A DNA stretch of 64,000 nucleotides from Burkholderiales bacterium (GCA_035499575.1 DATJYN010000170.1:4123-68122), one strand, 5' to 3'; counted from the first letter of the stretch, positions 8,485 to 17,013 are shown. A program made the numbers and translations. Notes: a model not told the origin generated them from the letters alone.

Positions 8485-9108
8485 ATGCCGATGACGACGC
8501 TGGTGATGTTCTCAGGCGGGCTGGACAGCACCGCCGCGCTGCACAAGCTGCTGACCCAGAGCGAAGACGACCTGCATGTCCACCATGTCCACCTGATAAA
8601 CCGCGATGGCCGAGACCGCGCCGAGCGCGACGCGGTAAATGCAGTGATCGCATGGTGTCGCGCCAACTGCCGGCCCTTCGCCTACTCCGAGTCCGGGCTC
8701 GACTTCTCCGCATTGCAGGCGATACCTATCGACTACCTGTCGATCGCTTTCGCCGCCTGCCAGGTCGCGATCGACATTCCCCGCTGCAACCGGATCGCAG
8801 TCGGCATCCTTGCAGTGGACCTCGACGAAATCAAGCGCAAGGTCTCCGTGCGGCAGCGTGAGGTCTTCGAGGCGATGTACGCCTGCTACCGGGCTCGCAA
8901 GCTCGGCGAGCCCGCGGTCGAATGGATATTTCCGGTCTACGACTTGAGCAAGGCGCAGGTCGCGGCCTCGCTGCCCCCAGAGCTGCGCGCCGCCTCCTGG
9001 TCTTGCCGCCGGCCGGTGACGTCCGCCGCCGGCTACCGCGTCTGCGGCGAGTGCAAACCCTGCCGCAAGCGCGCGGAAGTCTCCGCGCAGCTGAATATCG
9101 CGCTCTGA
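8485..9108 (+). CDS. QueC-like PP-loop ATP pyrophosphatase family protein (diverged paralogue; function unknown)
   Basis: 207 aa. N-terminal PP-loop LVMFSGGLDST and a C-terminal Cys cluster WSC-x13-CGECKPC resembling the QueC zinc site. The rest is diverged from canonical QueC. Confidence 0.7.
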   Translation: MPMTTLVMFSGGLDSTAALHKLLTQSEDDLHVHHVHLINRDGRDRAERDAVNAVIAWCRANCRPFAYSESGLDFSALQAIPIDYLSIAFAACQVAIDIPRCNRIAVGILAVDLDEIKRKVSVRQREVFEAMYACYRARKLGEPAVEWIFPVYDLSKAQVAASLPPELRAASWSCRRPVTSAAGYRVCGECKPCRKRAEVSAQLNIAL

Positions 9109-9117
9109 GACGGTTTC

Positions 9118-10740
9118 GTGCCGCCTTTCGAGCGCAGGTTGCGACTCGCCACGGGGCTGGTGATCGCAGCCTACGTCACGGGGCATTTCCTAAACCACGC
9201 GCTCGGCATCGTCTCGCTCGATGCGATGGAGGTGCTGCGCCGCGTGCTCTCGGGCTGGTGGCGCAGCCTGCCTGGCACCGTGCTGTTGTACGGCTCGCTG
9301 CTGACGCATTTTGCGCTGGCACTCGCGTCGCTCGCGCGCAGGCGCACGCTGCGCATGCCCGCCTGGGAGGCCTGGCAACTTGCGCTCGGCCTGTGCGTGA
9401 TTCCCCTGCTCGCTTATCACGTGATGGGCACACGCTTCGCCTGGCAGCTGCTCGGCCGCGAGGTGAATTATCCGCGCATCGTCGCCGCGATCTGGAACGA
9501 TCCCCTGCAATCGGCCAAACAGGTCGCGCTGATTGCGGTCGTATGGCTGCACCTTTGCTTCGGCATGCATTTCTGGCTCAGGCTCAAGCCCTGGTATCCG
9601 CGCGCGCAGCAGTACCTGTTCGCGGCCGCGGTGCTGACCCCGGCGCTGGCGCTGGCGGGCTTCGTCAGTGCCGGCATCAATCACATGATGGCGCCGCCGC
9701 CGCAGCCGATCACGCGCGAGGACGTCGCGCTGCTGTTCGGTGTGCGCGACAGCATCTACTGGGGATTCGCGCTGCTGCTCGGCGCCACGCTATTGCTGCG
9801 CCTCGTGCGCAAGCTGCGGCGCAGCGCGTACCGCATCCATCACCCGTCAGGGCGCGTGATCGCTGCGACCGCGGGCAGCAGCATCTTGGAGGCCGTGCGC
9901 GAAGCGGACCTGCCGCACGCATCCGTCTGCGGCGGCAGGGCGCGCTGCACGACTTGCCGCGTGCGCGTCGCGGAAGGCCTGGCCGCGTTGGCGCCGCCGG
10001 AGGCGCTGGAGGCCGAGGCCCTGCGCCGCATCGACGCCGCACCGAATGTGCGCCTTGCCTGCCAGGCGCGCCCGACCGCCGACGTCTGGATCACGCCGCT
10101 GGTGCCGGCGGGCGCCGGCGTTGAGGCCGCGCGCCGGCCGGGCGGCGTGCAGGGCCACGAGCAGCAGGTGGTGGCGATGTTCGTCGACCTGCGCGGTTCG
10201 ACGGCGCTTGGCGAAACGCGCCTGCCTTACGACGTCGTGTTCATCCTCAACCAGTTTTTTGCGGAGATGTCCGAGGCACTGCAGACGACCGGCGGCCACT
10301 ACGCGCAGTTCACCGGCGACGGGCTGCTCGCGCTCTACGGGCTGAGCGGCGACATCGGCCAGGCCTGCCGCGGCGCACTCGCCGGCGCAGCGGAAATGCA
10401 CAGGCGTCTTGGCGAATTGAACAAGCGCCTCGCGCCGGAACTCGCCGCGCCGCTGCGAATGGGCATCGGCGTGCATGCGGGCGTGGCGATCGTCGGCAGC
10501 ATGGGGCCGCCGGCCGCGCCGATCATCTCCGCGATCGGCGACACCATCAACAGCGCGGCGCGCCTGGAAAGCATGACCAAGCAGTTCGGCGCCACGCTGG
10601 TGGTATCGTTGGATACGCTGCGGCTGGCCGGTATCGCGTCGCCGGACATTCCGGCGCATCGCGTCGACGTGCGCGGCAAGGTGCAGCAGATCGACGTGCT
10701 CGCGGTCGAGGATCCCGGCGTGCTGCTGCCCGCCTCGTAA
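9118..10740 (+). CDS. membrane-anchored [2Fe-2S] ferredoxin / class III adenylate-guanylate cyclase fusion protein
   Basis: 540 aa. The first ~200 aa hold five or six TM helices with conserved His residues (GHFLNH, LLTHF, LAYHV, WLHLCFGMHFW). The middle has a plant-type ferredoxin pattern CGGRARCTTC...LAC. The C-terminus has cyclase motifs FVDLRGST, FTGDGLLALYG, GVHAGVAIVG and GDTINSAARLES. Confidence 0.85.
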   Translation: MPPFERRLRLATGLVIAAYVTGHFLNHALGIVSLDAMEVLRRVLSGWWRSLPGTVLLYGSLLTHFALALASLARRRTLRMPAWEAWQLALGLCVIPLLAYHVMGTRFAWQLLGREVNYPRIVAAIWNDPLQSAKQVALIAVVWLHLCFGMHFWLRLKPWYPRAQQYLFAAAVLTPALALAGFVSAGINHMMAPPPQPITREDVALLFGVRDSIYWGFALLLGATLLLRLVRKLRRSAYRIHHPSGRVIAATAGSSILEAVREADLPHASVCGGRARCTTCRVRVAEGLAALAPPEALEAEALRRIDAAPNVRLACQARPTADVWITPLVPAGAGVEAARRPGGVQGHEQQVVAMFVDLRGSTALGETRLPYDVVFILNQFFAEMSEALQTTGGHYAQFTGDGLLALYGLSGDIGQACRGALAGAAEMHRRLGELNKRLAPELAAPLRMGIGVHAGVAIVGSMGPPAAPIISAIGDTINSAARLESMTKQFGATLVVSLDTLRLAGIASPDIPAHRVDVRGKVQQIDVLAVEDPGVLLPAS

Positions 10741-10742
10741 CC

Positions 10743-11720
10743 ATGAAACGCCTCGCTGCATTTGCGGCATTCGCCTGCGCGCTCGGCCTCGGCGGCTGCA
10801 TATCGCTGCCGCAGAGCGAAGCGCTGCGCGAAACGCCGCCGCAAGGCATCCCGCTGCGGGTCGAACTCACGCAGGTGCCGTTCTTCGTGCAGGACGGCTT
10901 TCTCTGCGGGCCCGCCTCGCTCGCCATGGTCATCAATGCCGCCGGCGTGCCGGCGACCGTCGAATCGCTGGAACCGATGGTTTACCTGCCGGGGCGGCAA
11001 GGCAGCCTGCAGGCCGAGATGCTCGGCGCGACACGCCGCTCCGGCCTGGTCGCCTACGCGCTCGCGCCCAAGCTCGAGGACCTGCTGCGCGAAGTTGCCG
11101 CCGGCACGCCGGTGGTGGTGCTGGTCAACCTGGGGTTCAACCTGCTGCCGGTCTGGCACTATTCGGTGGTGGTCGGCTACGATCTGGAGAAACGCGAAGT
11201 CATCGTGCGCACGGCCCACCGGCGGCGCGACGAATGGAGTTTCTCGTTTCTCGAGTACTTCTGGCGCGAAAGCGATTACTGGTCGATGGTCGCGCTGCCG
11301 CCGGGCCGCGTTCCGGCGACCGCGGATGAATCCGGGTTTGCGGCGGCGGTGGCCGCGCTGGAGCAGGCCGGCAAGCCGGGCGAAGCGCGCCAGTCGTATC
11401 GCGCGCTCCTCGAGCGCTGGCCCGACAATCAGCTCGGCCTGATCGGCCTAGGCAACGTCGACTACACGCTCAAGGACCTGGCGGGCGCGGAACAGGCTTT
11501 TCGCCGCGCGAGCGAAGTACCGCCGCCGTCAGCGGCCGCATTCAACAATCTCGCTTTTGTGCTGTCGGAACAAGGCCGCCTAGACGATGCTGAAATCGCC
11601 GCGCGACGCGCGGTCGCGCTCGCCGGACCGCTGCTGCCGCAGTCGCAAAAGACGCTCGACGAAATCAAGGCGAAGAAAAACGGCAAGGAGAGACCCCCTC
11701 CCGCGTCTAACCGCCCGTAA
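10743..11720 (+). CDS. PA2778-family / C39-like cysteine peptidase lipoprotein with a C-terminal TPR region
   Basis: Lipobox LGLGGC after the signal peptide. Catalytic-Cys context GFLCGPASLAMV and His context WHYSVVVGYD. The C-terminal half has TPR-like repeats. Confidence 0.7.
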   Translation: MKRLAAFAAFACALGLGGCISLPQSEALRETPPQGIPLRVELTQVPFFVQDGFLCGPASLAMVINAAGVPATVESLEPMVYLPGRQGSLQAEMLGATRRSGLVAYALAPKLEDLLREVAAGTPVVVLVNLGFNLLPVWHYSVVVGYDLEKREVIVRTAHRRRDEWSFSFLEYFWRESDYWSMVALPPGRVPATADESGFAAAVAALEQAGKPGEARQSYRALLERWPDNQLGLIGLGNVDYTLKDLAGAEQAFRRASEVPPPSAAAFNNLAFVLSEQGRLDDAEIAARRAVALAGPLLPQSQKTLDEIKAKKNGKERPPPASNRP

Positions 11721-12867
11721 TTTCCTCCAGGCGACGCCTGGCCGCGACGCGCACTGCGTCCTTCAGGTCCGGGTGCGCCTGCATGAAACTTTCGAAGTCG
11801 TCCTTGTGCAGCACCAGCAGCTTGCAGGGCGCGAGCGCCGTGATGGTCGCGGTACGCGTGCGTTCCGCGATCAGCGCGATCTCGCCGAAAAAGTCGCCGG
11901 CCGCCAGGAGGCCTTTTGCCGCGCTCGTCTCCTGGTCGACCTCGACCTCGCCCGAAACGATGAAGTACATCGAATCGGCCTGGTCGCCCTTGCGGATCAG
12001 ACGTTCGCCGCGCTCGGCGCGGCGTGCACGCAGCACGCCCGCCACGGCAGCGATGCGCGCGGCGTCCAGCGTACGGAACAGCGGCACCTTGGCCACCAGG
12101 TTCCAGGTATCGACGAACTCCCGCCGCCGCACCGCCTCGATGAACGCAGACGCAATGATGCCGACCGGGATCGCGAACATGCACAGCCCCATCACCGCGG
12201 TCAGGCCGCCCGCAATCCTCCCCCACAGCGTCACCGGCGTGACGTCGCCGTATCCGACCGTGGTAAGCGTCACGATGCCCCACCACATCGCCGCGGGAAT
12301 GCTGCCGAACTTGTCGGGCTGCGCCTCCCGCTCGAAGTAATAGACCAGGCTCGACTGGAAGACGAGCAGCGCCAGCATCAGCACCGCGGCGCTCCCTAGC
12401 ACGCGCCGCTCGCTGTAGACCGCTTCGACCATGAACTGGAAGGCCGCGGTATGGCGCAGCAGTTTGAAGATCGGCACGATGTCGAGCCAGTCGAGGTTCA
12501 GCCCGACGTGCGGCGCGAGCGCGAACGGGATCGCCGCCACCAGGTCCACCAGCCCGGGAAGCGAAAACACGTAGCGCAACCGCTCGCGCCCCGCGTCAGC
12601 GGCGCCCGGATTGTCGGCGGCAATCCAGATGCGCAGCAGATATTCGATTGCGAAGCCGAGCGTGGTGAGCAGCAATATCACGTCCAGAAGGGAACCGTGC
12701 TCGCGGCCGATCTGCGGCACGGACTTGAGAACCGCAGTCGTCACGCTGGCCACGATCAGCAGCACCAAGCCCGTACGCACGGCGTGACCGCCCGAGCCGC
12801 CCTCCTCGCGCGTCAACAGGTGGTGCGCCCAGGCGCGCAGCGACTCGTGACGCACGGGCTCGTTCAC
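11707..12867 (-). CDS. cyclic nucleotide-gated potassium channel (MloK1-like, 6TM + CNBD)
   Basis: 386 aa with a GTG start. K+ selectivity filter TLTTVGYGD. The C-terminal cNMP-binding domain has GDFFGEIALI...RTATITA. Its 3' end overlaps the convergent peptidase gene by 14 nt. Confidence 0.9.
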   Translation of the reverse strand: MNEPVRHESLRAWAHHLLTREEGGSGGHAVRTGLVLLIVASVTTAVLKSVPQIGREHGSLLDVILLLTTLGFAIEYLLRIWIAADNPGAADAGRERLRYVFSLPGLVDLVAAIPFALAPHVGLNLDWLDIVPIFKLLRHTAAFQFMVEAVYSERRVLGSAAVLMLALLVFQSSLVYYFEREAQPDKFGSIPAAMWWGIVTLTTVGYGDVTPVTLWGRIAGGLTAVMGLCMFAIPVGIIASAFIEAVRRREFVDTWNLVAKVPLFRTLDAARIAAVAGVLRARRAERGERLIRKGDQADSMYFIVSGEVEVDQETSAAKGLLAAGDFFGEIALIAERTRTATITALAPCKLLVLHKDDFESFMQAHPDLKDAVRVAARRRLEEITGG

Positions 12868-12980
12868 GGCTTGGAGTCGTCCTTCGGCTTGCCGTCAGGG
12901 CGTTTCGCGGGCAAGGTCCACCACACGATTAGAATCAGCAGCGCAAGGGCCACGCCCATCTCGAGATATATGACCCACAT
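12864..12980 (-). CDS. possible 38-aa single-TM small protein, translationally coupled to the K+ channel gene
   Basis: MWVIYLEMGVALALLILIVWWTLPAKRPDGKPKDDSKP. Its TGA overlaps the channel GTG as GTGA. Its first 11 nt overlap the mltA start on the other strand. It may be a chance ORF. Confidence 0.25.
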   Translation of the reverse strand: MWVIYLEMGVALALLILIVWWTLPAKRPDGKPKDDSKP

Positions 12981-14190
12981 CGTTCGCGCCTTTGCTCCCG
13001 CTTCTGGACTGCTGGTGGCTGCGATTCTAGCCCTCGCCGGTTGCGCCGACGCGCCGCAGCTGCCACAGGCCGCGCAATCACCGGCCCAGCGCACCTGCCC
13101 CGCCTGCGCCGAATGCCCGGTCTGCGCGGCGCCGGCGCGACCCGCCGAGACGAAGTACCTGCGGGCGCCTTTCGGGTCAATTCCCGGCTGGGCGACCGCC
13201 GCGCTCGCGCCGGGAATGCGCGCCTTCGCGTCGGGCTGCGACCGCATGGCCGCCGGGCCGCTGCGCCTCGCCTGCGAGGCGGCGCGCGCATTGCCGCCGG
13301 ACGATGAAGCCGCGGTCCGGCGCTTCGTCGAAGCAAGCTTCGACGCTTGGGTGGTCGCGTCCGCAGACGGCGCGGCCGAAGGCATGGTGACCGGCTACTA
13401 CGAACCGGTCCTGCCCGGCAGCCGTGCGCGCACCGAGCGCTTCCGCACGCCGGTCTACGGCATGCCCGCCGACCTCATCGCCGTGGACCTGGACAGCGTC
13501 AACCCGGAACTGAAAGGCCTGCGCCTGCGCGGGCGCATCGAGGGCAACCGGCTGGTTCCGTACTGGACGCGCGCCGAGATTGAAGCGCGCGACGGCCGCG
13601 GCGCGCCGGTCATCGCCTGGGTGGAGGACCCGGTGGAACTTTTTTTCATGCAGATCCAGGGCTCGGGCCAGGTCGAACTTGCCTCGGGTGGGCGGCTGCA
13701 CCTCGCCTATGGAGACCAGAACGGCTACCCCTACCGGTCGATCGGAAGATTTCTCGTGGATCGCGGCGAAATGACCCTGGACCAAACGTCCATGCAGGGG
13801 ATCAAGGCCTGGGCAGCAGCCAACCCGCGCAAGCTGCGCGAAGCGCTCGATGCCAACCCGAGCTATGTGTTCTTTCGCGAAACAACGGACACTGGCGGCC
13901 CGATCGGCACGCTCGGCGCACCGCTCACCGCTGGCTACAGCATCGCGGTAGATGCGCGCCAGATCCCCTTGGGCGCGCCGGTATTCCTGGCTACTACCTG
14001 GCCGCTGTCGACGCAGCCAATGGAACGGCTGGTGGCGGCGCAGGACACGGGCGGGGCGATCCGCGGCGCGGTGCGCGCGGATTTCTACTGGGGCAGCGGC
14101 AGCGAGGCGGGCGCGCTCGCCGGCCGCATGCGCCAGCGGGGCCGGATGTGGCTGCTCTGGCCGCGCGGCGAAACGCCGTCGAAACCCTAG
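12970..14190 (+). CDS. mltA: membrane-bound lytic murein transglycosylase A
   Basis: The internal ATG at 12970 gives MTHIVRAFAPASGLLVAAILALAGC, a lipoprotein signal. MltA-type core GYYEP...YWTR and a C-terminal 3D domain DTGGAIRG..RADFYWG. Confidence 0.9.
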   Translation: MTHIVRAFAPASGLLVAAILALAGCADAPQLPQAAQSPAQRTCPACAECPVCAAPARPAETKYLRAPFGSIPGWATAALAPGMRAFASGCDRMAAGPLRLACEAARALPPDDEAAVRRFVEASFDAWVVASADGAAEGMVTGYYEPVLPGSRARTERFRTPVYGMPADLIAVDLDSVNPELKGLRLRGRIEGNRLVPYWTRAEIEARDGRGAPVIAWVEDPVELFFMQIQGSGQVELASGGRLHLAYGDQNGYPYRSIGRFLVDRGEMTLDQTSMQGIKAWAAANPRKLREALDANPSYVFFRETTDTGGPIGTLGAPLTAGYSIAVDARQIPLGAPVFLATTWPLSTQPMERLVAAQDTGGAIRGAVRADFYWGSGSEAGALAGRMRQRGRMWLLWPRGETPSKP

Positions 14191-14925
14191 CTAATTCTTC
14201 TTCGTGGACTGGCGGGCAATTTCGTCCAGCTTCGCGCGCAGCTGGGCAGCCGGCAAGGCCATCCCGCGCTCGCCGTCGGCGTAGAACAGCGTCGGCGTGC
14301 CGTTGATGCGCAGCGTGCGGCCGAGTTCCAGCACCTTGTCCACCGGGTTCGCGCAGCCGGCACCGCCCGGCGGCACTTTCGGCGGGTCAGCCACGGCTAG
14401 ATCCAGCCAGGCCTTGGCGCGGTCGGGCGCGCACCATACCGCGCGCGAGTGGTCCGCGCGGTCGGGTCGGATCACCGGATACATGAAGACGTAAATCGTG
14501 ATGTCGTCGATCTGCAGCAGCGTCTGCTCCAGCCGCCGGCAGTACGGGCAGTACGGGTCGGAGAACATCGCCAGCACGCGCTTGCCGTTGCCGCGCTGGA
14601 TCTTCACCGCGAGATCGAGCGGCAGCGAGCTGAACTCGATCGCCGTGAGCTTCTGCATCCGTTCTTTGGTGAGATTGCGGCCGGTTTTCGCGTCGATGAT
14701 GTTGCCGTCCAGCACGAGGAAGTCCGCGTTTGCGTCGCTGTAGAGGATCTGCGGTCCTTCCTGGGTCTGGATGCGCACTTCGAACAGCCCGGCGAGCGGC
14801 GCCGGCTGCACGCCGTCGACCTTGATGTTCGGGAACTTGAGCTTGAGCACCTGGCGGATTTCCGCCTCGCCGGCGAACGCCGGCAACGCGAGCAGTGCAA
14901 GAGCAAGACAGACTATTTTCTTCAT
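14191..14925 (-). CDS. dsbC: thiol:disulfide interchange protein DsbC/DsbG family
   Basis: The ATG at 14925 gives signal peptide MKKIVCLALALLALPAFAGE. Thioredoxin-fold active site CPYC. Its stop codon abuts the mltA stop with no spacer. Confidence 0.85.
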   Translation of the reverse strand: MKKIVCLALALLALPAFAGEAEIRQVLKLKFPNIKVDGVQPAPLAGLFEVRIQTQEGPQILYSDANADFLVLDGNIIDAKTGRNLTKERMQKLTAIEFSSLPLDLAVKIQRGNGKRVLAMFSDPYCPYCRRLEQTLLQIDDITIYVFMYPVIRPDRADHSRAVWCAPDRAKAWLDLAVADPPKVPPGGAGCANPVDKVLELGRTLRINGTPTLFYADGERGMALPAAQLRAKLDEIARQSTKKN

Positions 14926-14933
14926 CCGAGTCG

Positions 14934-16115
14934 TCAACCCATGGCGTGATGCATCAGGAGGTTCTTTAGGACCGGCAGGTGGTCGGCAAAGTTCAATCCG
15001 GCGTTGCGCAGCCGCGCCGCCGCCGGGGCCGGATTGCCGAACAGCCGGAACAAGCCGTGCACGGTGCCGCGCATGGCCAGTATAGCCTCCGCGCGCGCGC
15101 GCTCGTACCGCCTAAGCAGCCGCAGCTCGCCCGGATCGCGTCCCGGTGCGCGGGCAGCCAGCGTTTCAGCGAGCAGCCGCGCGTCCTGCAATCCGAGGTT
15201 GGCGCCCTGCCCCGCAAGCGGATGGATCACATGGGCGGCGTCGCCCGCAAGCGCGACGCGCGGCGCGACCAGGCGCGCGGCGGCAAGCCGCTGCAGCGGG
15301 AAGCTGCGCGCGGCGGTCACCAGCGACAGTTCGCCAACGGCGAACCCGGCAGCCGCGCCGACTTCGCGCGCGAGTGCCTCGGCTTCGAGCGCGAGCAAGC
15401 GTGCCGCTTGCGCTGTGTCCGTCGACCACACCATCGATACGTGGTCGCCGGGCAGCGGCAGCAGCGCGAGCACCGCACCGCCGTGCGCCGGTCCCTGGAA
15501 CCATTGCCACGCCAAGTTGCGATGCGGTCGCGAGCAGGCAAAATTCGCCACGACTGCGGCCTGGCCGTAATCCAGCGCTTCGCTCGCGATCCCGGCCTGC
15601 CGGCGCACGGACGAATGCGCACCGTCGGCGCCGACGACGAGCCGCGCCGTCAGGTTGCGCCCATCCTGCAGTTCGAGATTGACCTGCCGCTCGCCTGCCT
15701 GCAGCGCCCGGATCGAGGTGCCGGCGTACGGCGCGAGGCCCGCCTGAGATTCCAGGCCGCGCCAAAGCGCGTCCTGCAGGCGCCGGTCCTCGACGATCCA
15801 GGCCAGTTCGCCCACGCCGCTTCGGTACGCGTCGAATTCGATCACCGACGCGCCGTCGTCGCCGTACACGCGCATCGCGTGCACAGGCGTGAGGTGTTCG
15901 GCAGCGATCGCGTTCCAGGCGCCGAGGCGCGCAAGAAACGCGGCGTTACCGGGACTGATGGCGTAGACGCGGGCGTCCAAGCCCGGCGCCATCGGGCCAG
16001 GCCGGCGATCCTGAGAGACCAGCGCGAGCCGCTCGCCCGCGAGTGCGCGAGCCGCGGCCGCGCCGATCATGGCGCCGCCGATGATGGCAATGTCGAAATG
16101 CGTTTCTGCGTTCAT
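14934..16115 (-). CDS. UbiH/UbiF/VisC/COQ6-family FAD-dependent ubiquinone biosynthesis hydroxylase
   Basis: 393 aa. N-terminal dinucleotide fold DIAIIGGAMIGAAAA and the conserved GDAAHVIHPLAGQGANLG motif. Confidence 0.85.
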   Translation of the reverse strand: MNAETHFDIAIIGGAMIGAAAARALAGERLALVSQDRRPGPMAPGLDARVYAISPGNAAFLARLGAWNAIAAEHLTPVHAMRVYGDDGASVIEFDAYRSGVGELAWIVEDRRLQDALWRGLESQAGLAPYAGTSIRALQAGERQVNLELQDGRNLTARLVVGADGAHSSVRRQAGIASEALDYGQAAVVANFACSRPHRNLAWQWFQGPAHGGAVLALLPLPGDHVSMVWSTDTAQAARLLALEAEALAREVGAAAGFAVGELSLVTAARSFPLQRLAAARLVAPRVALAGDAAHVIHPLAGQGANLGLQDARLLAETLAARAPGRDPGELRLLRRYERARAEAILAMRGTVHGLFRLFGNPAPAAARLRNAGLNFADHLPVLKNLLMHHAMG

Positions 16116-16133
16116 CGCGCTGGCTTCAACTCT

Positions 16134-16163
16134 TTGACTCCAAGACCCTTATCGGCGAAAATT
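16134..16163 (+). promoter_or_regulatory. candidate sigma70 promoter for the tRNA gene
   Basis: TTGACT at 16134-16139, then an A/T-rich GAAAATT about 17-18 nt downstream. The tRNA 5' end is at 16179. The -10 match is weak. Confidence 0.25.
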
Positions 16164-16178
16164 ACGGCTCATCACCGG

Positions 16179-16255
16179 GGCGAATTAGCTCAGCTGGTTA
16201 GAGCAGCGGAATCATAATCCGTTTGTCCCCAGTTCGAATCTGGGATTCGCCACCA
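16179..16255 (+). tRNA. tRNA with anticodon CAT (elongator tRNA-Met, or tRNA-Ile2 if C34 is lysidinylated)
   Basis: A 77-nt cloverleaf folded by hand: acceptor GGCGAAT/ATTCGCC, D stem GCTC/GAGC, anticodon stem GCGGA/TCCGT with loop AT-CAT-AA, T arm CCCAG-TTCGAAT-CTGGG, and an encoded CCA. It is not initiator-like, lacking the 3 G-C pairs in the anticodon stem. Confidence 0.9.
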
Positions 16256-16263
16256 CTCCCCTT

Positions 16264-17013
16264 TCAGTCGAAACGCTCCCTGAATAGCGCGCGCAGGGCC
16301 GCGTAGTCGTCGAACACCAGGTCCGCTGCGTCGGCGCCCTTGCCGATGTGCACGCCCTCGTGGGATTTCTGCAGCGTAACCGCGCGCAGGCTCTCCCGCG
16401 CGCCGCGGATATCGTTCACGGAATGGTCGCCGATCATCCAGATGCAGTCGCCTCGCGGCCGCATCTTTGCGATGGCGCGCTCGAAGGGCCGCGGATCCGG
16501 CTTGTCGCAGCCGACCTCCTCGCTCGTGACGACGCAGTCGAAATGCTTGTCGAGCCCGAAATGGATGATCTTGCGGAACTGGATCTGCGACGTCAGATCG
16601 GTCACCACGGCCGTGGGAACCGCGGCAATCCGCAGATCGTCCACGAACTCCCTCACCCCGGGGAACAACCGCGCGTTGGTGAGGAAGCTGCGCCAGTACG
16701 TCTGCTCAAGGTCGAGGGCCAGCAGCACCTGCGAGCCCAGGCCGATCTGCTCGAGCAGTTCCTGGAAATAGAGCAGGCGGCTGTGCGAGCTGGCGGTGCC
16801 GCCGAGGCGCGCCTTGACCGCGTCGCGCGCCGCGGCGAAAACCTCGTCAAACTTCGGCGGCTCGATGCCGAACATGCGCACCGCTTTCGACCTGGCCGCC
16901 GCCATCGCGGCCCCGTGCGCAGGGTCGTAGGCATACAGCGTGTTGTCGGTGTCGAACAGAACGGCATCCGGCCGCCGGGCGAACACCTCGGGTCGAAGGA
17001 TCCTGAGCGTCAC
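16264..17013 (-). CDS. HAD-superfamily hydrolase (probable phosphatase)
   Basis: The GTG at 17013 makes a GTGA overlap with the upstream stop. HAD motif I LFDTDNTLY and motif IV MIGDHSVNDI. The longer ORF-track start is Arg/Gly-rich and overlaps the upstream gene. Confidence 0.75.
   Translation of the reverse strand: MTLRILRPEVFARRPDAVLFDTDNTLYAYDPAHGAAMAAARSKAVRMFGIEPPKFDEVFAAARDAVKARLGGTASSHSRLLYFQELLEQIGLGSQVLLALDLEQTYWRSFLTNARLFPGVREFVDDLRIAAVPTAVVTDLTSQIQFRKIIHFGLDKHFDCVVTSEEVGCDKPDPRPFERAIAKMRPRGDCIWMIGDHSVNDIRGARESLRAVTLQKSHEGVHIGKGADAADLVFDDYAALRALFRERFD

Noticed and set aside
9118-12867. A Pycsar- or CBASS-like anti-phage cyclase/effector pair (a cyclase with a non-canonical specificity residue plus a CNBD-TM effector).
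   Set aside because: The cyclase is a large membrane redox-sensor fusion rather than a minimal defence cyclase. The CNBD protein is a canonical 6TM K+ channel with an intact TTVGYGD filter. The two genes are convergent and separated by another gene. A physiological signalling circuit is more parsimonious, though nucleotide specificity should still be tested.
12864-13385. A 173-aa minus-strand ORF upstream of the K+ channel.
   Set aside because: Most of it is antisense to mltA and is Ala/Arg/Ser-rich. Only the last 38 codons, a clean TM helix, are kept, as a low-confidence small-ORF candidate.
16179-16255. Whether the CAT-anticodon tRNA is the initiator tRNA-fMet.
   Set aside because: The anticodon stem is GCGGA/TCCGT, without the three consecutive G-C pairs. 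Position 1-72 is a normal G-C pair rather than the C-A mismatch of bacterial initiators. It is an elongator Met or a lysidine-modified Ile2, which cannot be distinguished by eye.
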